Shown: positions 8,813 through 21,807, counted from the first letter of the whole stretch. The stretch: DNA of 63,684 bases, filler included, from 10 parts of 10 records of this genome joined end to end with filler, not necessarily neighbours in it, one strand, 5' to 3'. Translations and numbers: made by a program. The notes: generated by a model not told the origin, from the sequence alone.

Positions 8813-11581
8813 ATGAATGATAGAAAACAGTTTTTGCTGGTAGACGGCTATGCCCTGATATACCGATCCTATTTTGCTTTCATCAATCGTCCGATCAGGG
8901 ATACGGACGGGCGTAATGTATCTGCCGTTTTCGGGTTTTTCAGGACGCTGTTCGCCCTGCTGAAAGAGTATACCCCCGATTATATTGCGGTAGCGATGGA
9001 CTCGCCGGAACCTACTTTCCGACATGAGATGTTTCCCGAATACAAAGCAAACAGGGAGAAAACCCCCGAAGATCTGCATGCCCAGATTCCGCTGGTTATC
9101 AAAGCGCTTGAAGGAGCCGGTGTGCACACTCTCAGTCAGAAGGCACTGGAGGCAGATGATCTGATTGCCACCCTTTCACGCTGCAGTGCCGAGGCGGGAA
9201 TCGAGTGTCTGATCCTGTCTGGAGACAAGGACCTGATGCAGCTGGTCAACGATTCGGTGTACATGATCAGACCCGTAAAGGGGAACAATGTGCGTTTTAA
9301 TCCGCAGGGTGTGCTGGATCATTTTGGAGTGCGTCCCGATCAGATTGCCGATTATCTTTCGCTGATTGGTGATACTTCCGATAATGTGCCCGGCGTTAAG
9401 GGAATCGGACCAAAGGGTGCGGTAAAGCTGCTGCAGGAGTATCAGACCCTCGATAGTGTGTATGAACATCTGGATGACATAGCCAAGGGAACGGCAAAAA
9501 AACTGTCTGAAGGGCGTGAAGCGGCATTTCTCAGTAAAAAGCTGGTGGTGCTGCAGAATAGCACGCAGTGTGAATCCATCGACATGAATGACCTGACCAT
9601 TCAGCATGTTGACTGGAGCGGGGCAGCTCCCGTTTTTGTCGATATCCAGTCCACGAGTCTGGTTGAAGCCGTCGGCGGATCACGGGTCGCAATAACTGAA
9701 TCCCGACAGAAAAAGGCTCTGGAGAGAGAGCTGCGGAAGAAGGGTGAGACTGCATCTGTAAGTAAGGTCGATGTTGAATCATTGAAGGGCCCGGGCAAGT
9801 ATGTGATTGTAGATTCCATCGCGATGCTTAAACGAGTGCTGAAGCAGGCGGAAACAAAAGGAGAGGCTGCATTCGATATCGAAACAGACAGTATTGATGC
9901 CATGCATGCAGTTCCGGCCGGATTTTCCATCTCATGGGAAAGTGGTACCGGTTACTATATTCCCATCAGGGCGGGAGGTGTCGAACAGCTTCCGGCAGAT
10001 ACGGTGTATACCCTGTTGAAGCAGTTCCTGGAAGATGGAAAAACCCGTATTATCGGGCAGAATTTCAAGTATGATTACAAAGTGCTGAAGCGGTGGAAAG
10101 ACGGAATTACGGTACAGAATCTCTACTTTGATACCTTGATTGCGGCCTGGCTGTTGGATGCCGCGGCATCCGGCTACAGTATGGATTATCTGGCATCACG
10201 CTATTTGGGGTATCAGACGGTCAAGTTTGATGAAGTGGTTCCCAAGGGATCGCTTTTTCCCGATATCGAGCTGGATAGGGCTTCAGAATATGCAGCGGAA
10301 GATGCCGATATCACCTATCGCCTCTATCTGCTATTTGCATCGATGCTTGCGGTACGTGGTCTGGATACGCTGATGCGCGATACCGAGATGCCGTTGGTAT
10401 CAATCCTGGCCGAGCTGGAGTATACCGGTATGAAAATTCTACCGGATCAGCTGCGCGATTACGGTAATGAACTGCGTGATCGCCTGGATGTGATTCATCG
10501 GAAGATATTTGATGAGTGCGGGCATGAATTCAACATCAACTCCACGAAACAGCTGCAGGAAGTACTTTTTACCGAAAGAGGGCTGAAACCGGTGAAGAAG
10601 ACGAAAACCGGGTACTCAACCAATATTGCCGTGCTGGAAGAGCTGGCCCGGATCGATCCTGTTCCCGGGCTCATACTGGAGCATCGCAGCCTGGAGAAGC
10701 TGAGGAATACATATGTCGATGCCCTGCCGACCTCAATACATCCGCAGACGGGGCGTATTCATACTACATTTATTCAGACCGGGACCGCGACGGGAAGACT
10801 GTCCAGCAAGAATCCCAATCTGCAGAATATACCAATCCGCAGCGATGACGGCCGAAGAATCCGAGAGGCTTTTGTGCCTGCTGAGGGCTGTCGCTTTATG
10901 TCTGCCGACTATTCCCAGATTGAGCTGGTTGTTCTGGCCCATTTTGCAGATGATGCCGGACTGAAAGAGGCTTTTGCAAGCGGAGTAGATATTCATAAGT
11001 ATACCGGTTCCCTTATTTTCGGGGTCGATATCGATGACGTTACCGCTGACCAGCGTCGGATTTCGAAAACCATCAATTTCGGCGTGATGTACGGCATGTC
11101 CGCCTTCAGACTTTCCCGGGAACTCGGAATTCCCCTGTCGGATGCCAATATGTTTATCGATGCCTATTTTACCCGCTATGCCGGTGTCAGGAAGTTTATC
11201 GATACGATTATCCACGAGGTTGAGAAGACCGGTCGGGTGCGGACACTGCTTGGTCGCGAGCGGCAGATTCCGGCCATAAAGAGCAAGAACCGCAACGAGC
11301 GCAACGGGGCGGAACGTATCGCGGTGAATACTCCAATCCAGGGTACGGCGGCCGATATCATGAAGATGGCTATGATCAGTATCCAAAATGAGATGACAAA
11401 GCGCAAAATGGTCTCCAGGATGGTGCTGCAGGTGCACGATGAGCTTATTTTCGAAGTGCCCGATGATGAGATCGATGAGATGCGGGAACTTGTCGGAATC
11501 TGCATGGAGCAGGCTGCCTCACTGCGGGTACCATTGAAGGTAAGCATTGAAATTGGCAATAGTTGGGGAGAAATGCATTAA
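8813..11581 (+). CDS. polA: DNA polymerase I
   Basis: 5'-3' exonuclease (DGYALIYRSY, EADD), 3'-5' exonuclease (DIET), polymerase motifs DYSQIEL, KTINFGVMYG, QVHDEL. Confidence 0.98.
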   Translation: MNDRKQFLLVDGYALIYRSYFAFINRPIRDTDGRNVSAVFGFFRTLFALLKEYTPDYIAVAMDSPEPTFRHEMFPEYKANREKTPEDLHAQIPLVIKALEGAGVHTLSQKALEADDLIATLSRCSAEAGIECLILSGDKDLMQLVNDSVYMIRPVKGNNVRFNPQGVLDHFGVRPDQIADYLSLIGDTSDNVPGVKGIGPKGAVKLLQEYQTLDSVYEHLDDIAKGTAKKLSEGREAAFLSKKLVVLQNSTQCESIDMNDLTIQHVDWSGAAPVFVDIQSTSLVEAVGGSRVAITESRQKKALERELRKKGETASVSKVDVESLKGPGKYVIVDSIAMLKRVLKQAETKGEAAFDIETDSIDAMHAVPAGFSISWESGTGYYIPIRAGGVEQLPADTVYTLLKQFLEDGKTRIIGQNFKYDYKVLKRWKDGITVQNLYFDTLIAAWLLDAAASGYSMDYLASRYLGYQTVKFDEVVPKGSLFPDIELDRASEYAAEDADITYRLYLLFASMLAVRGLDTLMRDTEMPLVSILAELEYTGMKILPDQLRDYGNELRDRLDVIHRKIFDECGHEFNINSTKQLQEVLFTERGLKPVKKTKTGYSTNIAVLEELARIDPVPGLILEHRSLEKLRNTYVDALPTSIHPQTGRIHTTFIQTGTATGRLSSKNPNLQNIPIRSDDGRRIREAFVPAEGCRFMSADYSQIELVVLAHFADDAGLKEAFASGVDIHKYTGSLIFGVDIDDVTADQRRISKTINFGVMYGMSAFRLSRELGIPLSDANMFIDAYFTRYAGVRKFIDTIIHEVEKTGRVRTLLGRERQIPAIKSKNRNERNGAERIAVNTPIQGTAADIMKMAMISIQNEMTKRKMVSRMVLQVHDELIFEVPDDEIDEMRELVGICMEQAASLRVPLKVSIEIGNSWGEMH

Positions 11582-12198
11582 TGATAGTCCTGGGACTGAC
11601 TGGCAGGATATGTTCGGGCAAGAATCTTGCTGCCGGATATCTGACGAAAGCTGGATTTTCGGTGGTGGATGTCGATCGCCTGGGTCATGAAGTGCTGGAG
11701 CGTGAATCGGCATTGATCCGGACTATATTCGGCAATGAAGTGCTTACGGATGATGGTTCGGGGATTGACCGGGTGAAGCTGGGTTCCAGAGTTTTTTCCG
11801 ACAAGAGCGGGGCAGCGCTGCAAAAACTGGAGTCGGTTGTACACCCATTGATGGTCGAAACATGCAGAACCTATATTGCCGAGCAGCTGAAGCTGGGTAC
11901 TTGTCACGGTGTAGTATTGAATGCCGCTCTATTGTCCCGTATGAGACTGGATGAGCTTTGCACGCATGCTGTATACATTGCATCATCATTTTGTATTCGT
12001 TTTAATCGGGCTCGCAGGGACAGGGGAATGAATCTGCGGCAGTTTCTGCATCGGAACAGTATGCAGAGAGATATAACACCGCGGACGATACGCGCTGGAT
12101 TACCGATTATTCAAGTAGGAAATAACACAAGCACGCGTTCTCTGGAAAAAAAACTTGATTCGATCATGAAACTTATGGATATTGAATCAAAATCATAA
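11581..12198 (+). CDS. coaE: Dephospho-CoA kinase
   Basis: GLTGRICSGK P-loop, DVDRLGH, IDRVKLG, LESVVHP; directly follows polA. Confidence 0.9.
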   Translation: MIVLGLTGRICSGKNLAAGYLTKAGFSVVDVDRLGHEVLERESALIRTIFGNEVLTDDGSGIDRVKLGSRVFSDKSGAALQKLESVVHPLMVETCRTYIAEQLKLGTCHGVVLNAALLSRMRLDELCTHAVYIASSFCIRFNRARRDRGMNLRQFLHRNSMQRDITPRTIRAGLPIIQVGNNTSTRSLEKKLDSIMKLMDIESKS

Positions 12199-12322
12199 GA
12201 TTAAATCTGTAATTACCTTATAGTTTTGATTTGTGACATACAGTATAATTGTATCTTATTGGCAAATTTCAGCATTATGGATTATACTTGTCGAGAAAGA
12301 ATATATCATCTAAGGTTTTGGC

Positions 12323-13420
12323 ATGAACAACAGAACTTTTCTGTGGATTTTGTTTACCATAACGCTCTCACTGCTCATTATCGTTTCAGCCGGATTAATC
12401 TATTTCTATCCGGGGCGTGATCGTGAACGTCAGGTATTTACCTTGTCCGATACCGATAAAGTTATTATTACAGTTGAACCTCAGTCTCCTGCCGCTTTGG
12501 ATCGCGAAGGGACAAAGAATGCGGTAGTTATTACCGACAGTGGTGTTGTAGAGCATATGGAATTGGATGTAATTACCGATTCCACGTCGGATGAAACGGA
12601 TGTGGATGTTGTTCCTGAAGAAGAGCCTGAACCAGAAGTGACAGAGGAAGTGCCCCCTGAGCCGGAGCAGATTGAACCCGTACCTGAAGTTCAGCCGGTG
12701 GAGGAACCGGAAACTGAAGTCGCTGATTCAGAAAATGAGGATGATGGCGAAGATTTAGATCATGAGCAAAAGAAGACCATAGCCGAGCAGCTGGCCGATA
12801 AACTGAAGCTGGGTGTTGTGGGGTTGGTTGATAAGATTGAGACGGTTGTTGATGAGGCTGCCGACGCAGCGGCTGAAGTTGTGGATGAGGTCCGTGAAAT
12901 TGAGCCGATAGTTGAGGAAGTTGAGGAACCGGAAGTAATCGAAGAAGTAGCTGCACCGGTCATTACGATTGAGACAGCTGCTGCTGATCCTGTGGTGGTT
13001 GAAGAGGACCAGCCGCGGGTGCTGGAAGAGGTTGCTGAACCCGAGGGTGAGGTGTTGCCAGAAGTTGATGATCAACCTTTGGAAGCTGCAGATGCAGAGC
13101 CTGAATCGGTAGTTGCCGAAGCTGTCACTGCTGAAGAACCGGAACCCGAGCCAGTAGTTATCGAGACAGAACCGGTTCCCGTTGAAGTTGTCGTGGTCGA
13201 ACCGGAACCCGAGCCAGTAGTTATCGAGGCAGAATCGATTCCTGTTGAAATTGCCGTGGTCGAACCAGAACCTGAACCGGTAATCATTGAGGTGGAACCG
13301 GTAATTGAGGAATTAGAAGAACCTGTTGAACTGGCTATTGTTGAAGCAGCAGCACCGGAGCCGGAAGTGATTGTGGAGCCGGATTCTGAGGAAGAAATAC
13401 TTCCTTTAGAAGAAATACTT
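12323..13420 (+). CDS. Membrane-anchored protein with long Glu/Pro/Val-rich linker, 3' truncated (possibly SPOR-domain protein)
   Basis: N-terminal TM helix then low-complexity acidic region; SPOR assignment inferred only from position after polA-coaE. Confidence 0.6.
13136..13300 (+). repeat. 63-nt in-frame tandem repeat (about 2.6 copies)
   Basis: gaaccggaacccgagccagtagttatcgag at 13136 and 13199; degenerate copy at 13262. Confidence 0.85.
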
Positions 13421-13520
13421 NNNNNNNNNNNNNNNNNNNNNNNNNNNNNNNNNNNNNNNNNNNNTTAATTAATTAANNNNNNNNNNNNNNNNNNNNNNNN
13501 NNNNNNNNNNNNNNNNNNNN

Positions 13521-13910
13521 GCCAGCCATAACCAGTGTTTCCTTGTTGGCCAGCGCAATATCCTTACCTGCTTTGATAGCTGCCATCGTCGGCATCAAAC
13601 CTGCCGCACCAACAACCGCCGCGACAACCATCTCACTGTCACTGGCCGTCGCGCAGCGAATCATCCCCTCAACACCGAAACAGATGTCCGGGCCAGCATC
13701 TTTAAAATGCGCTGCCAATCTGTCCGCATCTCTTTCGGACTGAACAGAGACGATCTGAGGCTGAAAACGTTCGATCTGAGTCATAAGCTGATCAATATTT
13801 TTCCCAGCACTCAACGCAACGATTTCGAAGTCGTTCGGAAAATCACTGACAACGTCCAATGTACTGATACCGATCGATCCAGTCGACCCGAGGAGACTCA
13901 GCTTCTTCAT
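13521..13910 (-). CDS. dxr: 1-deoxy-D-xylulose-5-phosphate reductoisomerase, 3' truncated
   Basis: LGSTGSIG and ALANKETLV motifs. Confidence 0.97.
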
Positions 13911-13916
13911 ACTGCG

Positions 13917-14717
13917 CTACCCCCCATAACCGAAGCTGGCTATGTAATAAACCAGGGGAAAGGCGAACAGAAGACTGTCAAGACGATCTAGAAGCCCCCC
14001 ATGTCCAGGGATCAAGTTTCCGGAATCCTTCACCTGACACGCTCTCTTCAACAGAGACTCAAACAGATCGCCAACCTGACCAGCCGTACCGAGCAGCAGG
14101 CCGATCAGTACAGCATTGACCATGCCGAGAAAAGGCATGAAGGTCCAATGACCGATCAAAACGGCACAGACGGCTCCAAGAAGGCCACCGAGGGCCCCTT
14201 CGATACTCTTATTCGGGCTGACCGCTTCGTACAGTTTCCGACGACCGAGTTTCCGACCTATAAAATAAGCAAAAGAATCACATCCCATGATGATCAACAG
14301 ACAGAGGAAAATCCATTCCCGCCCATAGGGAAGTGCCCGGATTGCAGCAAGATGGCCCATGGAGAATGCCAGATAGACCATCCCGAGCACGACCCAACCC
14401 AACTGATGGTGAACAGATTCGATCGTGTTAAATCGGAACAGGAAAAGAGACAACAGAATGAGGACAAAGAAAACAGCGAGGGAGATAAAAACACCGGGAG
14501 CGGAATAGAGAGCCAAAGGAATCGCGACACCACCACAACAGGCGGCAAACCACTGCTCAAGGCGACAGGAATCACCAAGCCCCATTCTGAAAAACTCATG
14601 CAGGGCAAGCGCAGTCACAAGGGATACAAAAGCGGTAAACAGTTCCGGACCGGCGCAAACAATCAGCAGGGCCAATACCGGCAAGGCGATCAGCGCCGTC
14701 AAAATTCGCTGTTTGAT
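13917..14717 (-). CDS. cdsA: Phosphatidate cytidylyltransferase
   Basis: SPNKSIEG, GDLFESLLKR, KDSGNLIPGHGGLLDRLDS; probable ATC start at 14717 (TTG alternative at 14702). Confidence 0.95.
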   Translation of the reverse strand: MKQRILTALIALPVLALLIVCAGPELFTAFVSLVTALALHEFFRMGLGDSCRLEQWFAACCGGVAIPLALYSAPGVFISLAVFFVLILLSLFLFRFNTIESVHHQLGWVVLGMVYLAFSMGHLAAIRALPYGREWIFLCLLIIMGCDSFAYFIGRKLGRRKLYEAVSPNKSIEGALGGLLGAVCAVLIGHWTFMPFLGMVNAVLIGLLLGTAGQVGDLFESLLKRACQVKDSGNLIPGHGGLLDRLDSLLFAFPLVYYIASFGYGG

Positions 14718-14718
14718 A

Positions 14719-15459
14719 CTACTCCTCCTTGGCGCAGCGTTGATTCAACTGCTCTTCCGTCAAACCGAAGCGCCTTTTGCGACAATAGTAATCATCGATA
14801 GCGCTTTGTAATTCATCTGCGCCAAAATCCGGCCACAGCACGTCGGTAAAATATATCTCGGCATATGCGGCCTGCCAGAGCATAAAATTACTGATCCTCT
14901 GTTCACCGCTGGTTCTGATCACCAGGTCAGGCTCAGGAATATCCCCTGTGTCAAGAAATGTGGAGAACAGCTTGTTATCCAGCTGCTCGACATCCAAAGA
15001 ACCGTCTCGGACCTGCAATGCGACGGTTTTTGCAGCCCTCATGATCTCGTCCCTTCCACCGTAAGACAGGGCAAGGACAAGCGTCATGCAATCTCCCGAT
15101 CGCGTTTCCTGAATCACCTCCTGAAGAGCATTCTGCACAGGAACCGACAAGCGGGAAACATCACCAATAACACGCAGGCGGATCCCTTCCTTCAGCATTC
15201 TCTCCCGCTGCAAGGCCAGAAATTCCAGCAGCAAAGTCATAAGCGCATCAACTTCCTGTTGAGGGCGTCCCCAGTTTTCAGAACTGAAAGCAAATAAAGT
15301 CAGAAAACCAATCTCTTTACGTACGCATTCATCGACAACACCCGTGACAGCATCGACACCGCGCTGGTGCCCAGCCACACGTGGCAGACCTTGCTGCTGC
15401 GCCCAGCGTCCGTTCCCATCCATGATGATGGCTATATGCTGTAGAGGTTTAGAATTCAT
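14719..15459 (-). CDS. uppS: Undecaprenyl diphosphate synthase
   Basis: HIAIIMDGNGRWA, FSSENW, IRTSGEQRISNF. Confidence 0.97.
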   Translation of the reverse strand: MNSKPLQHIAIIMDGNGRWAQQQGLPRVAGHQRGVDAVTGVVDECVRKEIGFLTLFAFSSENWGRPQQEVDALMTLLLEFLALQRERMLKEGIRLRVIGDVSRLSVPVQNALQEVIQETRSGDCMTLVLALSYGGRDEIMRAAKTVALQVRDGSLDVEQLDNKLFSTFLDTGDIPEPDLVIRTSGEQRISNFMLWQAAYAEIYFTDVLWPDFGADELQSAIDDYYCRKRRFGLTEEQLNQRCAKEE

Positions 15460-15537
15460 TTTTATTATTTCAGTTTAGATCCGACCCACTGGATTTGAAA
15501 TTCTCCTGTGAAGTCTGCTTTGCTTCGCTTACAAATG

Positions 15538-15564
15538 AAAATAGGGCGTCACAAAACGCCCTAT
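15538..15564 (-). terminator. Intrinsic terminator after the ferredoxin gene
   Basis: Perfect 9-bp stem ATAGGGCGT/ACGCCCTAT followed by a short T-run on the minus strand. Confidence 0.7.
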
Positions 15565-15589
15565 CTCCTGTTTAAACCTTTATTCCTGA

Positions 15590-15754
15590 TCAGTCAACGA
15601 TCGCATTGACCGGGCAACTATCTACACAGGCACGACACTCTGTGCACTCATCTGTAATTGTGTAAACGTCACCTGATTCAACAATTGCCCCCAGTGGACA
15701 CGCATCGACACAAGTTCCACAACCGATGCACTCTTCATTGATTTTCAGGGCCAT
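15590..15754 (-). CDS. 2[4Fe-4S] ferredoxin, 54 aa
   Basis: Manual translation MALKINEECIGCGTCVDACPLGAI...DECTECRACVDSCPVNAIVD*; two CxxCxxCxxxCP motifs; AGGAG RBS; below the ORF-track cutoff. Confidence 0.93.
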   Translation of the reverse strand: MALKINEECIGCGTCVDACPLGAIVESGDVYTITDECTECRACVDSCPVNAIVD

Positions 15755-15789
15755 AATCTACTCCTTTAAATTCATCGAACAGGAAATCG

Positions 15790-17070
<1,281 letters not shown>

Positions 17071-17102
17071 AGTAGCTCCTGTGCGCTGAAAATGTTCGAC
17101 TG

Positions 17103-18011
17103 TTACTTGCTCAGTGCTGCAACCTCGGCGGCGAAATCATCCTCGCGTTTCTCGATTCCTTCACCAAGTTGGTAGCGGACAAAACTGTTCAGCTTGATAG
17201 CACTGCCGAGCTCTTTCGCCAACGCCTCTACAACTTTACCAACTTTCTGATCGGGATCAATAACGAAGGCCTGCTCCAGAAGACAGACCTCACCAAAGTA
17301 CTTGTTGATCTGACCCATGATGATCTTCTCAACAATATTCTCAGGCTTACCGCTGTCAATCGCCTTGACCCGCATGATTTCTTTTTCTTTTTCGACGACA
17401 TCTGCAGGGACCGAGTCACGATCAAGGAACTGTGGGGACGCAGCAGCAACATGCATGGCAATCTGCTTGCCGAGCTCTGCAACACGATCGTCTGTCGCTT
17501 CGGTCTGAAGTTCGACCAGAACAGCAATTTTACCCGCACCATGGACATAAGAAGAGACGACTCCCTGACCTGCGTCGACACGCTGCAGACGACGAAGGGA
17601 CATGTTCTCACCGATGGTGGCGATCTGATGGGTCAGCTCTTCAGCAACAGTCCGCCCACTTCCTGGGTAGTCCAGAGCCTTCAGGGCTTCAACATCAGCA
17701 ACGTCATTGGCCAGAACGACACCCTTAACGCCGTCAACAAAGGCCTGAAAAGCAGCGTTCTTGGCAACAAAATCGGTCTCGGCATTCACTTCAACGAGGG
17801 CGCCGACAGCGCCATCGGAAGCAGCGGCAACCGCACCTTCAGCAGCGACACGGCCCGACTTTTTGGCCGCGGCCGAGAGACCCTTTTTGCGCAGAAAATC
17901 GACAGCATCGTCCATATTTCCACCCGTCTCAGTCAGGGCTTTTTTGCAGTCCATCATTCCAGCGCCGGTTTTTTTACGCAATTCGGAAACCATTGCAGCA
18001 GTAATACTCAC
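17103..18011 (-). CDS. tsf: Elongation factor Ts
   Basis: [26 protein letters not shown] start after GGAGG. Confidence 0.98.
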   Translation of the reverse strand: MSITAAMVSELRKKTGAGMMDCKKALTETGGNMDDAVDFLRKKGLSAAAKKSGRVAAEGAVAAASDGAVGALVEVNAETDFVAKNAAFQAFVDGVKGVVLANDVADVEALKALDYPGSGRTVAEELTHQIATIGENMSLRRLQRVDAGQGVVSSYVHGAGKIAVLVELQTEATDDRVAELGKQIAMHVAAASPQFLDRDSVPADVVEKEKEIMRVKAIDSGKPENIVEKIIMGQINKYFGEVCLLEQAFVIDPDQKVGKVVEALAKELGSAIKLNSFVRYQLGEGIEKREDDFAAEVAALSK

Positions 18012-18073
18012 ATTGTCCTCCATCATTCTTGTTAGACAGGGAACGCCTGTCCTATTTTGATTGGTTAAGCAAA

Positions 18074-18098
18074 CGGCCGGGACTTCACAGCCCGGCCG
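18074..18098 (-). terminator. Hairpin between rpsB and tsf
   Basis: CGGCCGGG/CCCGGCCG 8-bp stem followed by TTT on the minus strand. Confidence 0.6.
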
Positions 18099-18145
18099 CA
18101 GGCCTTATCATATGCTTGATCGGTAAATTTCGATCTGAATTGATT

Positions 18146-18914
18146 TTATTCGGCAGCAGGCTGTTCAGCCGGTGCAGGTGCTTCCTCCGCCGGTGCGGCT
18201 TCTGCGACTTCCGGCGCTGCAGTTTCTACGACAGGCTCGTCCTTGCCCTCAGCTTCCGTCTGCTTCGTGTCTTTTCTCTGCTGAGTGCCATCGACACAGG
18301 CTTCAGCCATACGATTTGCAAACAGGCGGATCGCTCTAATCGCATCATCGTTACCGGGGATGATGAAATCGATGTTGTCCGGGTCACAGTTTGTATCAAC
18401 AACCGCGACAACCGGGATACCCAGCTTGTTGGCTTCTTTAACAGCGATTGCTTCTTTGTTCGGATCGATGACAAAGACGGCGCCAGGAAGCTTGGTCATA
18501 TTTTTGATACCGCCGAGGTTCTTTTCCAGTTTTTCACGCTCACGCTCAAGCTGCAGAGCTTCTTTCTTGGTGTACTGCTCGAGGGTTCCGTCAGTCGCCA
18601 TTCCTTCGATCTTTTTCAGGCGGTCGATACTCGCCTTGATCGTTGCGAAGTTGGTCAACATGCCACCGAGCCAGCGATTATTGACGTAGTACTGATCAGC
18701 CCTGAGGGATTCTTCCTTGATCGCGTCCTGAGCTTGCTTCTTGGTGCCGACGAAAAGAACTTTTTCGCCCTTGGCGACGGTTTCTTCAATGAACTGGTAA
18801 GCTGTTTTGAAGTAACGGACGGTCTTCTGCAGGTCAACGATATAGATACCGTTACGAGCACCGAAAATGTAAGGCTTCATTTTCGGGTTCCAGCGTTTGG
18901 TCTGATGTCCGAAG
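18146..18914 (-). CDS. rpsB: 30S ribosomal protein S2, 5' truncated
   Basis: [36 protein letters not shown]. Confidence 0.98.
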
Positions 18915-19014
18915 NNNNNNNNNNNNNNNNNNNNNNNNNNNNNNNNNNNNNNNNNNNNTTAATTAATTAANNNNNNNNNNNNNNNNNNNNNNNNNNNNNN
19001 NNNNNNNNNNNNNN

Positions 19015-21724
19015 GATGCATGAAATCTTGTGTCGGTTGGACGGGGCACTGGAGAAGCGAACGTATTTGCCTGCGGCGACAATGGGCAAGGAGGCTGTGC
19101 GTGTAAGGTTGGGTGTGTACGCATCCTGATGGGAGGATTCACGATTCACCAGATCGAGAGACTCAACAACACCGCAACATGTCCACAAGGTGTTCGCAAC
19201 GCACGAATTCATGCCGTACTAAAGGTTTGCTATCTACCTTCACTTCGAGGGTAGTGAATCACACACGTACTATGACGACACACAGGATCGATTTGATTCC
19301 AAGCTTGTGCGTATCAAGTATGAGGTGACCAACCTGCTCGCATCGGCCATTATTGTTGAACATGGATCTCTTCGCGTCACACATCACGGTTCGCGAAGAA
19401 GTCAGTGTCTCGGATGATCCTCACACTCAAGCAGGCACCGTTCTGCATGATGCCTTGCAGGCCGCTTCAATCCTTGGAAAGTTACCAAAGTTTCTCGTTT
19501 CCTTGTCCCAGAAGTTGCCGGATATGCTTCTTTTTCCTCTTGTCAGGATGGTGGGGGCACGTACCCACACTGTGGAGGATTCCGAGTCCGGAACGATGAT
19601 GTTGCGAATCGTGATGGAGAGTGACGATGATACAATGGACAGTTGGTCACCTTTTGCCCCTGTCCGTGCTACCCTGTTGTTTCTGGCGGAGTATGTGCTT
19701 TTTAACGAGCGTGAGTGGATACGGATCATGGGTGATTGCATTTGCACGCCGCTTGTCGGTGTTCTGGTGGGTGGGCCTGTGTGGTTGGTTCGACGTGTCT
19801 CCTGTTGACCATTGGTGCTATAGATCCAATCGTTTCTCGAGCCAGCAGTTCCCGAGGAAGCTACACACCTTTCCGCCTTTGCTGGTACAGCCACGGAAGC
19901 TATTGCTTTCGAAGAAGCTTTGGTTGAGATGGGTGGGCGTGTGGTGCATATGCGGGTCGTAAGGTTGTGTTGACAAATGTTTTTCATTGTTAGGCGTCTG
20001 TCCCGCGGAGGAACGGCCCCTAAAGGCATTCGTCGAAGATATGGACATTCATTTCGCTGACAAGAAGAGGCGCCGGTTGCTCGCTCAAGCCCGTGCACTG
20101 ATGCTGAAGGTAGGAGGTGACATCCATCGCGTCACCCCAGAGTCTGAGGCCGGTACGGGAATTGTGTGTATGGAGGAACGTTGGTTTGTGATTTTGGTGG
20201 GGGGTAGCGGGGTTTGAGAAGTTTCGAAGATCGTGTGACGGGTGTACAACCACGGATCAAACGGCAGTCTTTCGATTTCCAGACTGTGGGATCATGACAC
20301 AGACCTACGAGCTACTTCTTCTTGTGTACGTCGCATGATGCTCTACACCATTGTGTACGGGCGGGCGCCTGATTCGTCTGTATTGTCTAGATACGAAGCA
20401 CTGGAGGAAGCTTGTGTCACCAAGCCCATCTGGTGGTACGCGGGGAAGATGGGACGTGTGGAGCTGACCACAAACATGGTGGAAGCTCCCAGCAAATCTA
20501 CCTGTCTGTTCGTGATATCTTCGGCTTGTTTCGGGCTGTTATTCCATCCTTTCACGCGACACGCTTCACAGAAGTCCCACAGGTGTGTGGCCGCATGTCT
20601 ATAGCGTGAATAGACGTCCAACGCCATGTGTGAAGCTGGGGATGCTCTTTCACAACGATTGCATGTATCTTGCCCATCATCTTCTCACACTAGGCCCCTT
20701 GTATGATCAACGGTACCCACCCACCCCAACGTACCCGACAGTGACGGAACCCTCCCTCCCATCCAGACTCCCCTTTTCTCCGGTTGTGTTTATAGATTTT
20801 GTGCCAGCCCTCCGACAACTCGCCGAAGACCAGTTCAGTAAGCAGATGGTGTGTATTCCTCGTGCCTTTTTTTTGATGAGTGGCACTTATTCTCCCTGCA
20901 CAGATACACCAACGGACCCTCTTGAATGAGTACGTTGACGCTTGCCTTGACTGATGGACGAGCACTGACTCGTGTCCAAGGTATATGGATTCCGCGGCCG
21001 GGTTTCGTGATACACAACTCGCACCTTTCCGTGAGAAGGCCCAGGCGACTGTGAAGCGTGTTTCCTTTCATCTAGAACGTCTCTCTCATGTTTGGAAGGT
21101 GGACGAGTGTAGCGTCTCCTGCTGGTGGAGATGTTCTGACAATGTCCGTTTCAAGAATGTACTTCCACACGACATTTATGTTAAGTCGTTGGGAATTCTG
21201 ACGGATGCCGTCTTTGCTCGTGTAGTGGGCAGCGTTGAATCTCTCCATGTGCGAAATGCAACAAACAAGATTTGGTGTGCGCGTGCCTTACCACAGTGGG
21301 AACAGGATATTTCTGTGGAGGAAAGCAGCATCCTTCACCAGATTCTCTCCGATCTTCTCCAGTCGCCCGTAGACATGGATGAGGAAGTGTGTCGTGTATG
21401 CTGTGTTTCTGTTCAGTCAACTCATTTCGTATTCTTGTGGTGGTGGTACCAGGCCCGTCGTCGGCACATTCCCCATGCCCGAAAGCTTCGTTCCTTGGCA
21501 GAGATCCTAGAGATGAAACTGGAAGACATCATGCGCGGGTATGGTGGACCGGGAAGGAAGGGCATGTGGAGTGTGGTCTCATTATTGCGTGTCGATGAAG
21601 ATTCTACGATGGCACTCTTGATGACTTTTCTACCTCTGAATTACGTGGTCTTATTAAGGCACTCTTCTTGGACACACCGCTACGAAAGCAAAAGTTGGCT
21701 GAGCTACAGGGGAAAACGCGATAG
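19015..21724 (+). CDS. ZW10: Eukaryotic ZW10/Dsl1 homolog, multi-exon, 5' truncated
   Basis: Exon translations FLEPAVP...FEEALVEMG, HFADKKRRRLLAQARALM, LFHNDCMYLAHHL, ELRGLIKALFLDTPLR; GT-AG introns e.g. 19097-19152 and 19225-19285; exon map incomplete. Confidence 0.8.
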
Positions 21725-21807
21725 CACGTTGTGTGTATACACGATACAATCCAATTTCATCTGTTCATAATTCCGCCCGTCGTGTACTCGGTACTCGGCC
21801 CACAGGA

